From an uncultured Candidatus Saccharibacteria bacterium (GTDB lineage Bacteria; Patescibacteriota; WWE3; 2-01-FULL-39-13): a DNA stretch of 64,000 nucleotides. The DNA lies in NCBI GenBank assembly GCA_964370865.1, contig CAYJKF010000002.1, positions 20,719-84,718 on the forward strand, read 5' to 3'. Of the stretch, positions 49,448 through 59,161 are shown one piece after another. The notes beneath the pieces are model-generated. The model saw only the letters and a program-made list of their open reading frames with translations, was not told the DNA's origin and did no database searches. The translations under genes and the position numbers were made by a program. Within the stretch, counting starts at the first letter, position 1, and each line of letters starts with the position of its first letter.

Positions 49448-50145
49448 AGTATTGTTATAAAAGCCGAATATTTTTTGATGTATTTTCCAAAAGAAGACGG
49501 GAATGGATATAGCCCTGCTCCAAAAGTCTCAACATATTCAAAATCGTATAGTTTTTGCCAATCCGTTAGCCACTTACTAGTATATATACATTTATGCATC
49601 CAAGTATTGCCTCTTTCAGAAAGTTCCTCACCGTTATGAATTGCTAGTGGATTTCCAATACTCCAAGTCTTTGAGCTTGAATTAGATAAATCGAAAGGTG
49701 CCCAACCGCACATTAAGGCCCCAATATTATGAAGGCTAGAAAGGTTATTTGTACTTGTAATAATATAACCTCCAGGTTTAATTACTCTGGCAGCTTCCTC
49801 AAAAAAATTATCTAAGTTTGATAGATGTTCGATAACTTGATTGCTAATAAGACAGTCGATAGAATTTGATTCAATTGGCCACGAGTTAATTCCGCCATCC
49901 GCCACGATAGGATAAGTTTTAATTCCAAGTATGTTAGCTTTCTCTGCATATTCAGTTACAGGTTCAATACCATAAATATTTTCAGCATGTGCTAATTCGC
50001 CATATACTTTGGTAATCTGACCGTCCCAACAACCGACATCTAATATAGTTTTATGTGGGCCAGTTTTTCTAACCACCGAGTATACATTTTGGTAATTTAA
50101 AGATAAAGCCGAATTGTAGATTCTATTAAGGTATTTTTTTATCAT
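49420..50145 (-). CDS. Class I SAM-dependent methyltransferase
   Basis: ILDVGCWDGQ, LISNQVIEHL, PGGYIITSTNN. Confidence 0.75.
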   Translation of the reverse strand: MIKKYLNRIYNSALSLNYQNVYSVVRKTGPHKTILDVGCWDGQITKVYGELAHAENIYGIEPVTEYAEKANILGIKTYPIVADGGINSWPIESNSIDCLISNQVIEHLSNLDNFFEEAARVIKPGGYIITSTNNLSSLHNIGALMCGWAPFDLSNSSSKTWSIGNPLAIHNGEELSERGNTWMHKCIYTSKWLTDWQKLYDFEYVETFGAGLYPFPSSFGKYIKKYSAFITILCQKPLKSN

Positions 50146-50879
50146 GTTCCTTTGATATATTTTACAAAAATATTATAAAAGCCAGATTTTGTAGCTAAAT
50201 ATTCTGAAGTGCTTAACTTAGAAAAAGTAGTCTCAAAAAAAGGTTTCCGTTTGAAGATCCATTTGGATATGTACATATTGAGCACTGCGAATGTTGTCCA
50301 TAATCCACCTTTTATATCATGATTCACGACTTCTAGTTTATATCCTTGTCCGAATTCACTCAATTGCTTTAATGAATAGTGACGATGATTGATTAACCAC
50401 CAAGCAGGGTCAAAAATGTTTGAAATTATGTGGTTGAATGGGGTAGAAAGATAAAAATGCCCGCCTTCTTTTAATACCCTTGAAACTTCTCTGTACATAA
50501 GGTTCTCTGTGTTATATGGGATATGTTCGATAACTTCCCAAGAAACAACGGTATCAAAATAGTTATCAGGAAATGGAAGTTCTATTGCTGAACCTACTTT
50601 AAATTCAACCCGTGGATCATTTATATTATTTTTTGCCGTCTTCAAATCGCTTTCAGTTATCTCGATAGAACAGATTTTTTCAACAGAGTTATTTATCGCG
50701 AATAATTCAAACCACCCAAAACCACATCCAATATTTAAAATTCTTTTTTCTCTCATGTCAGAGGAATCAACGAAGTTTATACTGTATGCTAAACGCCCAT
50801 TTAGTTGTTCGCTAGGTTTATCGTTTAGAATGTTTTTCATATTCAGATAATAATTTTTGGTGTAAAACACCACATGCAA
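50142..50879 (-). CDS. Class I SAM-dependent methyltransferase
   Basis: ILNIGCGFGW, VVSWEVIEHI, EGGHFYLSTPF. Confidence 0.75.
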   Translation of the reverse strand: MHVVFYTKNYYLNMKNILNDKPSEQLNGRLAYSINFVDSSDMREKRILNIGCGFGWFELFAINNSVEKICSIEITESDLKTAKNNINDPRVEFKVGSAIELPFPDNYFDTVVSWEVIEHIPYNTENLMYREVSRVLKEGGHFYLSTPFNHIISNIFDPAWWLINHRHYSLKQLSEFGQGYKLEVVNHDIKGGLWTTFAVLNMYISKWIFKRKPFFETTFSKLSTSEYLATKSGFYNIFVKYIKGT

Positions 50880-51669
50880 CTGCCAGAAATTCGAATGACT
50901 TCAAAATAACTAAACCAACACCAATTGTAGGATTTTCAAATAAAATTTTAGGGCGTTTAAATAAAACGAAATATCTATAGAATGCATTCATTTGTTTATT
51001 CGAATATTTGGAATTATGATCTTTGTTTGCATATTTATTAATAAATTTACCGTAATAGAATTTTTTCTTTAGTGATTTCCAAAAATTTACTTCGCCATCA
51101 TTGTGATAAATTGGGGCGTTAATTCGACCTACTTCACCTAGACTCTTAGCCCTTTGAGATAAGTCCCAGTCTTCCCCACTAATTAGGTTCGTATCGTATC
51201 CCCCTAATGTTTGCATTACTGAATACTTGAAAAACCTTGCGGCCTCAATATATTCATTACCAACATATAGTTTTTTTTCAAGTGCTCGGCATTTTGCCCA
51301 AAATCCGTGCCCGATTGATATTTCAGGTATTATTACAGCTGACAGTTTTTCGTTTGATTCAATCTGATCTATGAGTTCTTGGAAAACATTTGAATCAAGA
51401 ATCATATCAGCATCAAGAATAAGAATATAATCACCAGTGGCCATACTAATGCCAAAATTTCTTTGTGTTGATCGTTCGGGTCCGATTATATAAACTAGTT
51501 TGGTATATTTTTTCGCAATTAGAGCGGTGTTATCGTTAGTTAAGGGATGATCGACAACAATCATTTCATAATTACCATACGTTTGATTTATAATTGATTC
51601 GCAAAGGTTCTTAATATTCTTCTCTTCATTTTTCGTTGATACAACAACAGACAGTTTCTTTTTTGTCAT
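50818..51669 (-). CDS. GT2 family glycosyltransferase. Trimmed to the internal Met, because the ORF-track start at 51816 would overlap upstream by 35 nt.
   Basis: KLSVVVSTKNEEKNI, ILILDADMIL. Confidence 0.7.
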   Translation of the reverse strand: MTKKKLSVVVSTKNEEKNIKNLCESIINQTYGNYEMIVVDHPLTNDNTALIAKKYTKLVYIIGPERSTQRNFGISMATGDYILILDADMILDSNVFQELIDQIESNEKLSAVIIPEISIGHGFWAKCRALEKKLYVGNEYIEAARFFKYSVMQTLGGYDTNLISGEDWDLSQRAKSLGEVGRINAPIYHNDGEVNFWKSLKKKFYYGKFINKYANKDHNSKYSNKQMNAFYRYFVLFKRPKILFENPTIGVGLVILKSFEFLAVACGVLHQKLLSEYEKHSKR

Positions 51670-51781
51670 GTAGGATTCTTTCTTTAATTTTAATATTTTA
51701 CCACTTATAAATTTGTAAAACTTATTTGATATACGAAATCTACATGGAGTATTTTCTAAAATATTGATTCTACTGTCAGTG

Positions 51782-54043
51782 TTATGGTTCGATTCGAAGT
51801 ATCGTTTTTTCTGCAAGGTTCAGAAATTTCGAATATTGTAATTCAGATAGTAATACGGGTTTGCTCAGCAAAGTATAGCCTCCTGTTGCATATACTTTAA
51901 TAGGTGAATGGTTCAGGTTTTCAAGTGATACTACATATAATGTGAATTTTGAGGAATTATTGATGGTGACATTTTTTATGTTGTTATTATATCGTATAAT
52001 GATTTCGCTGAATTTTACTGATTCATTAGGTATATGTATTCCCTCGAATAAAAGGTAACCGTTGTTATTTGTCGAATAGAATTGTTGAAATTCAGTAGGC
52101 TCATTGTTGTTCTCTGGGTTAACTATTTCAATCGTGTCAGTATTAAAAATAATTGCACTGTTTGTTAGGTGTGTCCGTGCATTTTGAGAATAAATTAGTT
52201 CGCTGTGAACCTTATCAGATCGCACTAACTGACCCAGTTCCCAAGTTTTGGAAGGTTTAGTTTCGAAAATAAATTCCTGAATCGTTTTGTTATTTAGAAA
52301 AGTCGGATTATAATAATCAAAACATACCTCTTTCCGATCTATAATTACATTCCCATAATATTTTTCACAGTTTATTTCCGCTACTCGTTTATATAGTTTA
52401 ATTTTCCCAAATGTTTTTATTTCTTGATAGTTCTCAAGCAATAAATTATTGTATTCTTCTCGTTTCAAGTGGTAATTGTCATCAATTATTAAAGTAGGTT
52501 TTATATTTTCGATTCTTTCAGAAAGATTAATAGCTGCCATTTCTGATTTAGATATATATAAATTTGTAAGTCTGTTCAGATGGTAATCATTAGGCTCGTA
52601 ATTATACCAATTAAATATTTGTATATTATTTTTTAGATAAAGAAGGCTTTGCATTAAATCAATATAGACATACGGGTTATGTGTTAATTTTCGTTGATCA
52701 TACCAATCATAGTTACCGTATAAGTACGAAGATGAATTTATTGGTAGGTATAACACACTTTCGTTTGGATGATTTGTCTCTATATACTCAACTATCTCAG
52801 TATATTCTTTCGGAATGGTTGTAAAAATTACGTGTTGTTGCAGTTGTTTGACTGAGGTATAGACATTTAAAAGCAACAAGATACTAAATAGTGTAATGTA
52901 TGCAGTTTTCAATTTTCCTTTTAATGTTTCTATAGCAGTGTAAGTAAGTATTATTTGAAACATAAATACAAATGCATACAATCTGTGTGATGATCTAATT
53001 GAAGACATTAATGGAAAGTTATCAAAGATAAACAAGTATAAATTGTATGGCGAATTGCTTCCCATTAATAATATGACTATTAGTGCATATGCTAGAAGTA
53101 GAAGTCTTATGCTCTTGGATTTATAGTAAATATGAACGACAATTGTCAAAAGTAAAAAGATACAAAATATTATAGGTACGGTTGGGTGAATATTAAGTGA
53201 TATAAAATATCTCCCGGTTACGGCATCTAAGAATGTTTCATTATTTACAGGTGCTAAAAATGATTTTTTGAATTCGTATTCGCCAATATTGCGAATCCAA
53301 GAGATATTAAGCAGTATAAAGGTGGTTACTGTTGTGAATCCAATAATCGAAAACTTTTTCAGATTTGAAAAAATATTTTTAATATTAAATCCTAATAGAA
53401 TTATTGCCGAATAGAAAAGAATTGGGAGATAGTTTATCCCAAGCGTCAGAATCAACAATATTAGTAGATTTGCTATTCCAGTTAGTAGAAGTAATTTATT
53501 AGTGGTGAAAGATTTGATGTCTCTGAAAATGTATAGTAAGAAGCTTATGAACAGAATTACAATTGTATGATTTATTGCGTACGATGTACCTGAACAAAGT
53601 AATTGCGCTTTATAAACTGGGGTGTATAACAGGAAAGAGACTAGAAGGACATATTGAAACTTAAGGTTGCGTTTACCTAAACCAAATCGTATCAGAGAAT
53701 ATGTTGCAAGTATTTGCAATAAAATGCCTGAGGCAATATAAAACACGAATGGGTTAAGATTCATTGTTTCACCGATGCTTAAATAGGTAAAGTAAGTGGT
53801 ACTATATAGCCAAGAATATGGATAAAATAATATACATCCTGGGCAACTAAATAAATTTGATGGCTTTGAAAAATCTATATTTTCGTATAAAGTTTCAAGA
53901 TGAGGAGTATATGATAGGGTCGCCTGATATTCACCGCAGAGGAATAATGAATTTGGTGGTATTCGATTTGATACTGTTAAAAGAGTCAAATACAGTAAGA
54001 CTGCACCAAAAAATATCCAGTAAATAATTCTTTTTTTTGTCAT
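51782..54043 (-). CDS. Large polytopic membrane protein (753 aa) with a C-terminal soluble domain, probable GT-C/YfhO-like
   Basis: ~12 TMs. A8 homopolymer right after the start codon (MTKKR). Confidence 0.45.
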   Translation of the reverse strand: MTKKRIIYWIFFGAVLLYLTLLTVSNRIPPNSLFLCGEYQATLSYTPHLETLYENIDFSKPSNLFSCPGCILFYPYSWLYSTTYFTYLSIGETMNLNPFVFYIASGILLQILATYSLIRFGLGKRNLKFQYVLLVSFLLYTPVYKAQLLCSGTSYAINHTIVILFISFLLYIFRDIKSFTTNKLLLLTGIANLLILLILTLGINYLPILFYSAIILLGFNIKNIFSNLKKFSIIGFTTVTTFILLNISWIRNIGEYEFKKSFLAPVNNETFLDAVTGRYFISLNIHPTVPIIFCIFLLLTIVVHIYYKSKSIRLLLLAYALIVILLMGSNSPYNLYLFIFDNFPLMSSIRSSHRLYAFVFMFQIILTYTAIETLKGKLKTAYITLFSILLLLNVYTSVKQLQQHVIFTTIPKEYTEIVEYIETNHPNESVLYLPINSSSYLYGNYDWYDQRKLTHNPYVYIDLMQSLLYLKNNIQIFNWYNYEPNDYHLNRLTNLYISKSEMAAINLSERIENIKPTLIIDDNYHLKREEYNNLLLENYQEIKTFGKIKLYKRVAEINCEKYYGNVIIDRKEVCFDYYNPTFLNNKTIQEFIFETKPSKTWELGQLVRSDKVHSELIYSQNARTHLTNSAIIFNTDTIEIVNPENNNEPTEFQQFYSTNNNGYLLFEGIHIPNESVKFSEIIIRYNNNIKNVTINNSSKFTLYVVSLENLNHSPIKVYATGGYTLLSKPVLLSELQYSKFLNLAEKTILRIEP

Positions 54044-54163
54044 TTTGATAATTCAATAACTTTACAATATGTTATTGGCAGTTGTAGGTTATGATTTCCA
54101 GCCGCAAATTGATTTGGTCTTAGTAATAACGTCAGTATTGATAGGGAGAAAAGGTAGAGGGTA

Positions 54164-55162
54164 TCAAATATTTTTTGTACCGTCATCTGCGTCATTTGAA
54201 ATAGTGTGCGCAATTATACTTGAGTTTTTATTCTGATTCGTATTAATTTCGATTAGTTCACCCAATAATCCCAGGCTAATATTATTTATACCCACGATTA
54301 CAAACAAAATACCGACAAAGAAAAGAGGTCTGCCATAAATATAGTTACCAAATAACCATCCGATGCCTAGATAAATCAGAATTAGCGTTCCCGCTGATAA
54401 TAGTAAGAGACCAAGTTTCCCAAAAAGATTAAATGGATTTTCTCTGAAGTTAAAAATAAAATATATACTTACGATATCTAGGACCGATTTAATAAACCTT
54501 TTTATGCCAGTTTTCCCATACTTAGATGTCCCGTATTTTCTCAACTCTTGTTCAATTTCTACTTCTCCAACTGAATATCCATTGATACTGGCTAGGAATG
54601 GAATGTATCTGTGATAATCTGATTTTAAGGGAATAGATTTAGCGCATTCGTAGCTCATTATCTTATATCCACAATTCATATCAGAAATTTCATATCCTGC
54701 CAAATATTTGACTAAAGCGTTCATTACTTTTGAAGTACCTTTTTTAATTAGGTTTTTTGTGTATCGATTCTTTCTGTTACCGACAATTAATGAATGTTGA
54801 GTAGTTGTTATTGCATTCCAAAACTTTTGTATATCTTTTGGATTATCCTGGAGATCGGCATCCATCATTAGAATGTATTTACTATCTACGTATTGTAATG
54901 CAGTCTTAATGGCTTTTGTTTTCCCTGCATTCTTTTGAATACATATATATCGGGTACTTATTGGTTTTTTGTCTTTGATTAGATCTCTTATAACTCTATC
55001 CGTGTTATCTGTACTGCCATCATTAATAATTACAATCTCCGAAATAATAGGTAGCTTTATAAGTTCGGAACAGATTAGTTCGTAAAGTTCTGGTAACGAT
55101 TCACTCTCGTTGTATGCCGGTATCAATATACTTAAATCTTTTCGTTCTTTTTCAGTATGCAT
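54164..55162 (-). CDS. GT2 polyprenyl-phosphate sugar synthase (DPM1/Ppm1/GtrB-like) with two C-terminal TMs
   Basis: LSILIPAYNESESL, MMDADLQDNP, C-terminal hydrophobic hairpin typical of polyprenyl-P-hexose synthases. Confidence 0.75.
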   Translation of the reverse strand: MHTEKERKDLSILIPAYNESESLPELYELICSELIKLPIISEIVIINDGSTDNTDRVIRDLIKDKKPISTRYICIQKNAGKTKAIKTALQYVDSKYILMMDADLQDNPKDIQKFWNAITTTQHSLIVGNRKNRYTKNLIKKGTSKVMNALVKYLAGYEISDMNCGYKIMSYECAKSIPLKSDYHRYIPFLASINGYSVGEVEIEQELRKYGTSKYGKTGIKRFIKSVLDIVSIYFIFNFRENPFNLFGKLGLLLLSAGTLILIYLGIGWLFGNYIYGRPLFFVGILFVIVGINNISLGLLGELIEINTNQNKNSSIIAHTISNDADDGTKNI

Positions 55163-55845
55163 ATAAGGCTAACTCCAAATAAGAACTTGATTCGCCTTTT
55201 AATAAAGTGTCTTTCGAATTTAAAAATTGGTGTAAATATTTTATCGCGTTTCTTACTATATCTAGATGACGTTAGTTTCTTCTTATTTTTTACTGCATAG
55301 AATAATGCTGGTAGAAAAAGGAAAAAATTATAATATGAGGAATATTCAATTTTAAAATTAGTTTTTGAAATTACTTCTTCTAAAGTGCTCTTTGTGTATC
55401 TTCTGAAGTGTCCGAAATCTACGTCTTTCTGTGTCCATAAAAATTGAAACGCTGGAACAGTTATAATCAAGTACCCGTTCTCATTAAGCATTTCATATAT
55501 TGTTTTCAGAGATTTCTCATGATCCTCAACGTGCTCAAGGACATCAAGCAGTAGAGCAACGTCGAACTTATTTGAGATTTTCAAATCGGGTAGTGCACCT
55601 TCAATTGGTTGTAAATTCTTTTGATTGAGAATTTTTAAGCTTGTAGGTGAATTATCTATAGTAGAAACGTTATATCCCATTCCTAGAATTTGCTCCGCAA
55701 TTATTCCTGTCCCGGCTCCGATGTCTACGATTTTTTTATTTTTGTCTACTAATTGTTTGAGGAGAGTTAATACGATTGCTGTTCTTCCATTCATCCACCA
55801 ATCACTTCGGTTTGCTTCCATATGCTCATGGATAATTTCTTTCAT
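55132..55845 (-). CDS. Class I SAM-dependent methyltransferase
   Basis: IVDIGAGTGIIAEQ, LLLDVLEHV, NGYLIITVPA. Confidence 0.75.
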   Translation of the reverse strand: MKEIIHEHMEANRSDWWMNGRTAIVLTLLKQLVDKNKKIVDIGAGTGIIAEQILGMGYNVSTIDNSPTSLKILNQKNLQPIEGALPDLKISNKFDVALLLDVLEHVEDHEKSLKTIYEMLNENGYLIITVPAFQFLWTQKDVDFGHFRRYTKSTLEEVISKTNFKIEYSSYYNFFLFLPALFYAVKNKKKLTSSRYSKKRDKIFTPIFKFERHFIKRRIKFLFGVSLICILKKNEKI

Positions 55846-56969
55846 TGGAATATTTTAGCACTAACTAATTTATAAAACTTTGCTGATTGTACCTCCCAAT
55901 CGAACTGCTTTGGAAAATTTATTATTCTTTCTCTATTCAATTGATTATCTTTTAAATCAATTATTTTTTCTACAAGTTCGTTCATATCTTTACACACATA
56001 TCCTGAATAATTATTTTTTATGGACTCTTTATTTCCTGCTACATCAAATGAAACAGCTGGAGTGCCTTGTGTATTTGCTTCGAGGTTTCCTAGACCCCAT
56101 CCTTCTTTAATTGACGTATTTATAAATACATGTGCCTTAGCCATTAATTGGTATTTCTCTTCTTCAGAAACAAAACCGAAGAATTTTACAGACTCATTCA
56201 AGTTTTTATTCGTAACAAGTTGTTTTAATTCATTTACATATTCCTCATCACCTTTACCTACAATCCATAGTTTTGCATTTGGGATTTCTTTTTTGACCTT
56301 TTCGAATACTTCAATTGCTGTATCGGGACCTTTCATTTTTACAATTCTATTAACATATAGAAGGGTAAAATCTTTTTCTTTTTGCAAATGTTTGAAATCG
56401 TAATCGACCTTGAGCCCATGATTTATAACTTGAATGTTTTCTTTTGGAATATTTAACTTTAGTAAATCATCTTTGGTTCCGTATGCACCGGTTACGAACT
56501 TAGTTTTTTTATATAGTTTGAAAACTAGGTTTTCGAAAAGTTTTCCAGCAGAACTTATTGGAAAAGGATACATCTTATCCCAAATTTCTCCGGCAACTTC
56601 GTGAATGAAGACCACAATTTTTTCTTTTACATATAATGGTGTTAAAAAAGGAAGACCATGGACTTCATCAATGACTACATCCACATTATTTTTGTATTTT
56701 TTTAAGTATAGAAAAGCTACTGATAATAAAAAAATAGGATAGGTGAAAAGTAGTGAAAGTAGGTTACGCGTCAGTGGAAAACCTGTATATACAAAATTTA
56801 CGCCTTCTACTACTTCACTATCTGGAGAGTTTTCATAACGAGGACTTATCCAAGTTACCTGAGCATTATGGTTTTGAACCCATCTTTTAGCATGTTCTAA
56901 AGTTACTTTTTCGGCACCGCCAGCAAGAGGGTCATTAATAGATCGCCAATTGAGTATCAGAATTCTCAT
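55842..56969 (-). CDS. GT4 family glycosyltransferase, first gene of the minus-strand operon
   Basis: LYVNRIVKMKGPD ... FINTSIKEGWGLGNLEANTQGTPAVSFDVAGN. Confidence 0.8.
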   Translation of the reverse strand: MRILILNWRSINDPLAGGAEKVTLEHAKRWVQNHNAQVTWISPRYENSPDSEVVEGVNFVYTGFPLTRNLLSLLFTYPIFLLSVAFLYLKKYKNNVDVVIDEVHGLPFLTPLYVKEKIVVFIHEVAGEIWDKMYPFPISSAGKLFENLVFKLYKKTKFVTGAYGTKDDLLKLNIPKENIQVINHGLKVDYDFKHLQKEKDFTLLYVNRIVKMKGPDTAIEVFEKVKKEIPNAKLWIVGKGDEEYVNELKQLVTNKNLNESVKFFGFVSEEEKYQLMAKAHVFINTSIKEGWGLGNLEANTQGTPAVSFDVAGNKESIKNNYSGYVCKDMNELVEKIIDLKDNQLNRERIINFPKQFDWEVQSAKFYKLVSAKIFQ

Positions 56970-57043
56970 TAGAGATAGTTTATTACATTTCGCCTTTTAG
57001 TGTGCAGGAAAGGCGCTTAAAGTTTGTTAAGCTATAATAAATT
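56970..57043. promoter_or_regulatory. Divergent promoter region with a 7-bp inverted repeat (cgccttt N11 aaaggcg, 56991-57015) and TATAAT at 57033-57038
   Basis: 74-bp gap between two divergent operons. -10 hexamer 5 nt from the ATG at 57044. No SD sequence. Confidence 0.3.
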
Positions 57044-59161
57044 ATGCGAAAGTTTCTTTCGAATAATAGACAAATAATTTTAGCCAGTTTAATTTCATTA
57101 TCACTATTCCTTATATTCTTTTATAGATTGTTTTTGCCGGGATACTTGGTATGGGGGAGCGATTTCGAAAATAAACATTACCCAGCTAGGGTTTATTTAT
57201 ATGAACAAATCGTCGAAGAACATCGCTTTCCCTTTTGGACTGAAAAAATGTTTGGGGGATTTCCAATTTACGCGGATTTTGAACTTGGCTATTTAAATCC
57301 AATTAATATTGTTTCGCTCTTAATTTTTGGTCCAAATGTTTCAGTAAAGTTTTTATTATTATTTCATTATCTCGTAGGATCTATATCTCTATATTTATTA
57401 TTAAAACGATTTGGGTTTGGTTTACTGTCGTTTACAGCAGCAAATCTAGCTTTTTATTTTGCCTACTTTTTAATAAACCATCAAATTCACTTAAACCTAA
57501 TTCTTATCTCATACCTCATGCCACTTAACATATTATTAGTGGATATTGCCGTCCAAAAGATTAAAGAAGCTAAATATCGAAGTGCAATTAAATATTTATC
57601 CATTAATTCCATAATCTTTGGACTCGGACTTTTATGGGGACATCCACAGACATCACTTCTAATAATGATTGGTGTTTTTATATATTCGGTATTAAAAGTA
57701 TGGGGAAGTAATGCAAAAAAGATTTATTTAGTAATAGGATCTAATATATTTATTGGAGTATCTAGCATTTTACTTACGTTGTATCAGTATCTTCCTACAC
57801 TTGAAGTCTATTTACAAAGCAAACGTTTTGGAGAAGGAACGGTCGATTTTTTACAAGGGAGTTTAACAACAAGTTTATTTTCTCTAATAGTCTATCCGCA
57901 GGTATGGGGAATAAGAGATGAATTTATTGGAAGATATATTGACGGAAGCTATTCTTATACAGAAGCATATGTCTATGTAGGAATTGTAGTTTTTTCTTTA
58001 GCAATTTTTGGCTTCATATTTACGAGGTTGGATTTTATTTGTAAGTATTTCTTTGCCATCCTACTATTATTTTTGTTTTTCTGCTTCTTATCATATGTTC
58101 CATTTATAAAATATGAGTGGCCGATCCTGTCATCATTTAGATATTGGATCCGTTCTGTATTAATTTTTCAATTCGCATTAGCACTACTCGTAGCAAAGGT
58201 CGTCCACATATTCGAAACTTCTTCAATTAGAGAGTCGATGAATATTTCATATAAAAGAATCGTATTAATACTTTTACCATTTATTGGTTTATTATTAGCT
58301 GCGAAATTAAATTTCAACCATTTTCCTGATTACAATGTTTTGACGGATGAAGAAGCTCGAGAATTTATTATTGCTCCTCAAACTTTAATTTGGCTCATTC
58401 TTGCAATAATAACCTGGATTTCAATTTATCTAATGATTAGATATCGAAATATTAGACAAAAAATTTTAGTATTTCTGATTTTCGTAATATTCGCCGATTT
58501 TCTATTTTTTAGTCAGGATTTAGTTAATTACAGGTTTCGACCAGTTGATGTACAAATTGATGAGATACCTGATAGCTTAGGTTCTGTTAGAACTTTGAAT
58601 AATAGCGAGAATTATCTAGCTTTAAAGGGGGTCTATTACGATACATGGTCACCACTTGGTTACAGTCAGTTTGCCCCAAATGATTACATTAAAATTTTGA
58701 ATAATGCTGGAATGAAAGCCACCAAAACCGATGACTTAACACCAAGTGATTTTAAGTTTTCTACGGATTGGGAAAAAATCGGAGTAAATGCATATGTATC
58801 AGGAGGCACTCTTGAGCTAATAAATGAAAATACCGTGGGAAATGTATTAAAATCCCCAGAAATCTCATATGTTGAAGTAATAAATCGAGAGGAAGGAGAT
58901 CAAACATATTTAGTTAAGGCTGACACGGATACGATATTAGAAACTACGATTAGAAATTATAAAGATATGAGTGCGTTTGTGGATGGAAACGAAGTTGTGA
59001 ATTCAGGTGATAGTATTTTTATATCAATTCCCGTGACAATAGGGGAGCATAATATCGTAATACGGTACTTCCCAAGGTTATTTTATATAGGACTTTTGTG
59101 TTCAGTCATATACATTTCTGGTTTAATGTTGGTATTTAGATTTTCCAGAAAATACATCTAA
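57044..59161 (+). CDS. Large polytopic membrane protein, YfhO-like (705 aa)
   Basis: N-terminus FYRLFLPGYLVWGSDFENKHYPARVYLYEQIVEEHRFPFWTEKMFGGFPI resembles the YfhO family N-terminal signature. >12 TMs plus a C-terminal soluble domain. Confidence 0.45.
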   Translation: MRKFLSNNRQIILASLISLSLFLIFFYRLFLPGYLVWGSDFENKHYPARVYLYEQIVEEHRFPFWTEKMFGGFPIYADFELGYLNPINIVSLLIFGPNVSVKFLLLFHYLVGSISLYLLLKRFGFGLLSFTAANLAFYFAYFLINHQIHLNLILISYLMPLNILLVDIAVQKIKEAKYRSAIKYLSINSIIFGLGLLWGHPQTSLLIMIGVFIYSVLKVWGSNAKKIYLVIGSNIFIGVSSILLTLYQYLPTLEVYLQSKRFGEGTVDFLQGSLTTSLFSLIVYPQVWGIRDEFIGRYIDGSYSYTEAYVYVGIVVFSLAIFGFIFTRLDFICKYFFAILLLFLFFCFLSYVPFIKYEWPILSSFRYWIRSVLIFQFALALLVAKVVHIFETSSIRESMNISYKRIVLILLPFIGLLLAAKLNFNHFPDYNVLTDEEAREFIIAPQTLIWLILAIITWISIYLMIRYRNIRQKILVFLIFVIFADFLFFSQDLVNYRFRPVDVQIDEIPDSLGSVRTLNNSENYLALKGVYYDTWSPLGYSQFAPNDYIKILNNAGMKATKTDDLTPSDFKFSTDWEKIGVNAYVSGGTLELINENTVGNVLKSPEISYVEVINREEGDQTYLVKADTDTILETTIRNYKDMSAFVDGNEVVNSGDSIFISIPVTIGEHNIVIRYFPRLFYIGLLCSVIYISGLMLVFRFSRKYI

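Noticed and set aside
56991-57015. Inverted repeat considered as a Rho-independent terminator
   Set aside because: No poly-T run follows the stem on either strand, and it lies upstream of both flanking genes, not downstream. It is treated as a possible operator instead.
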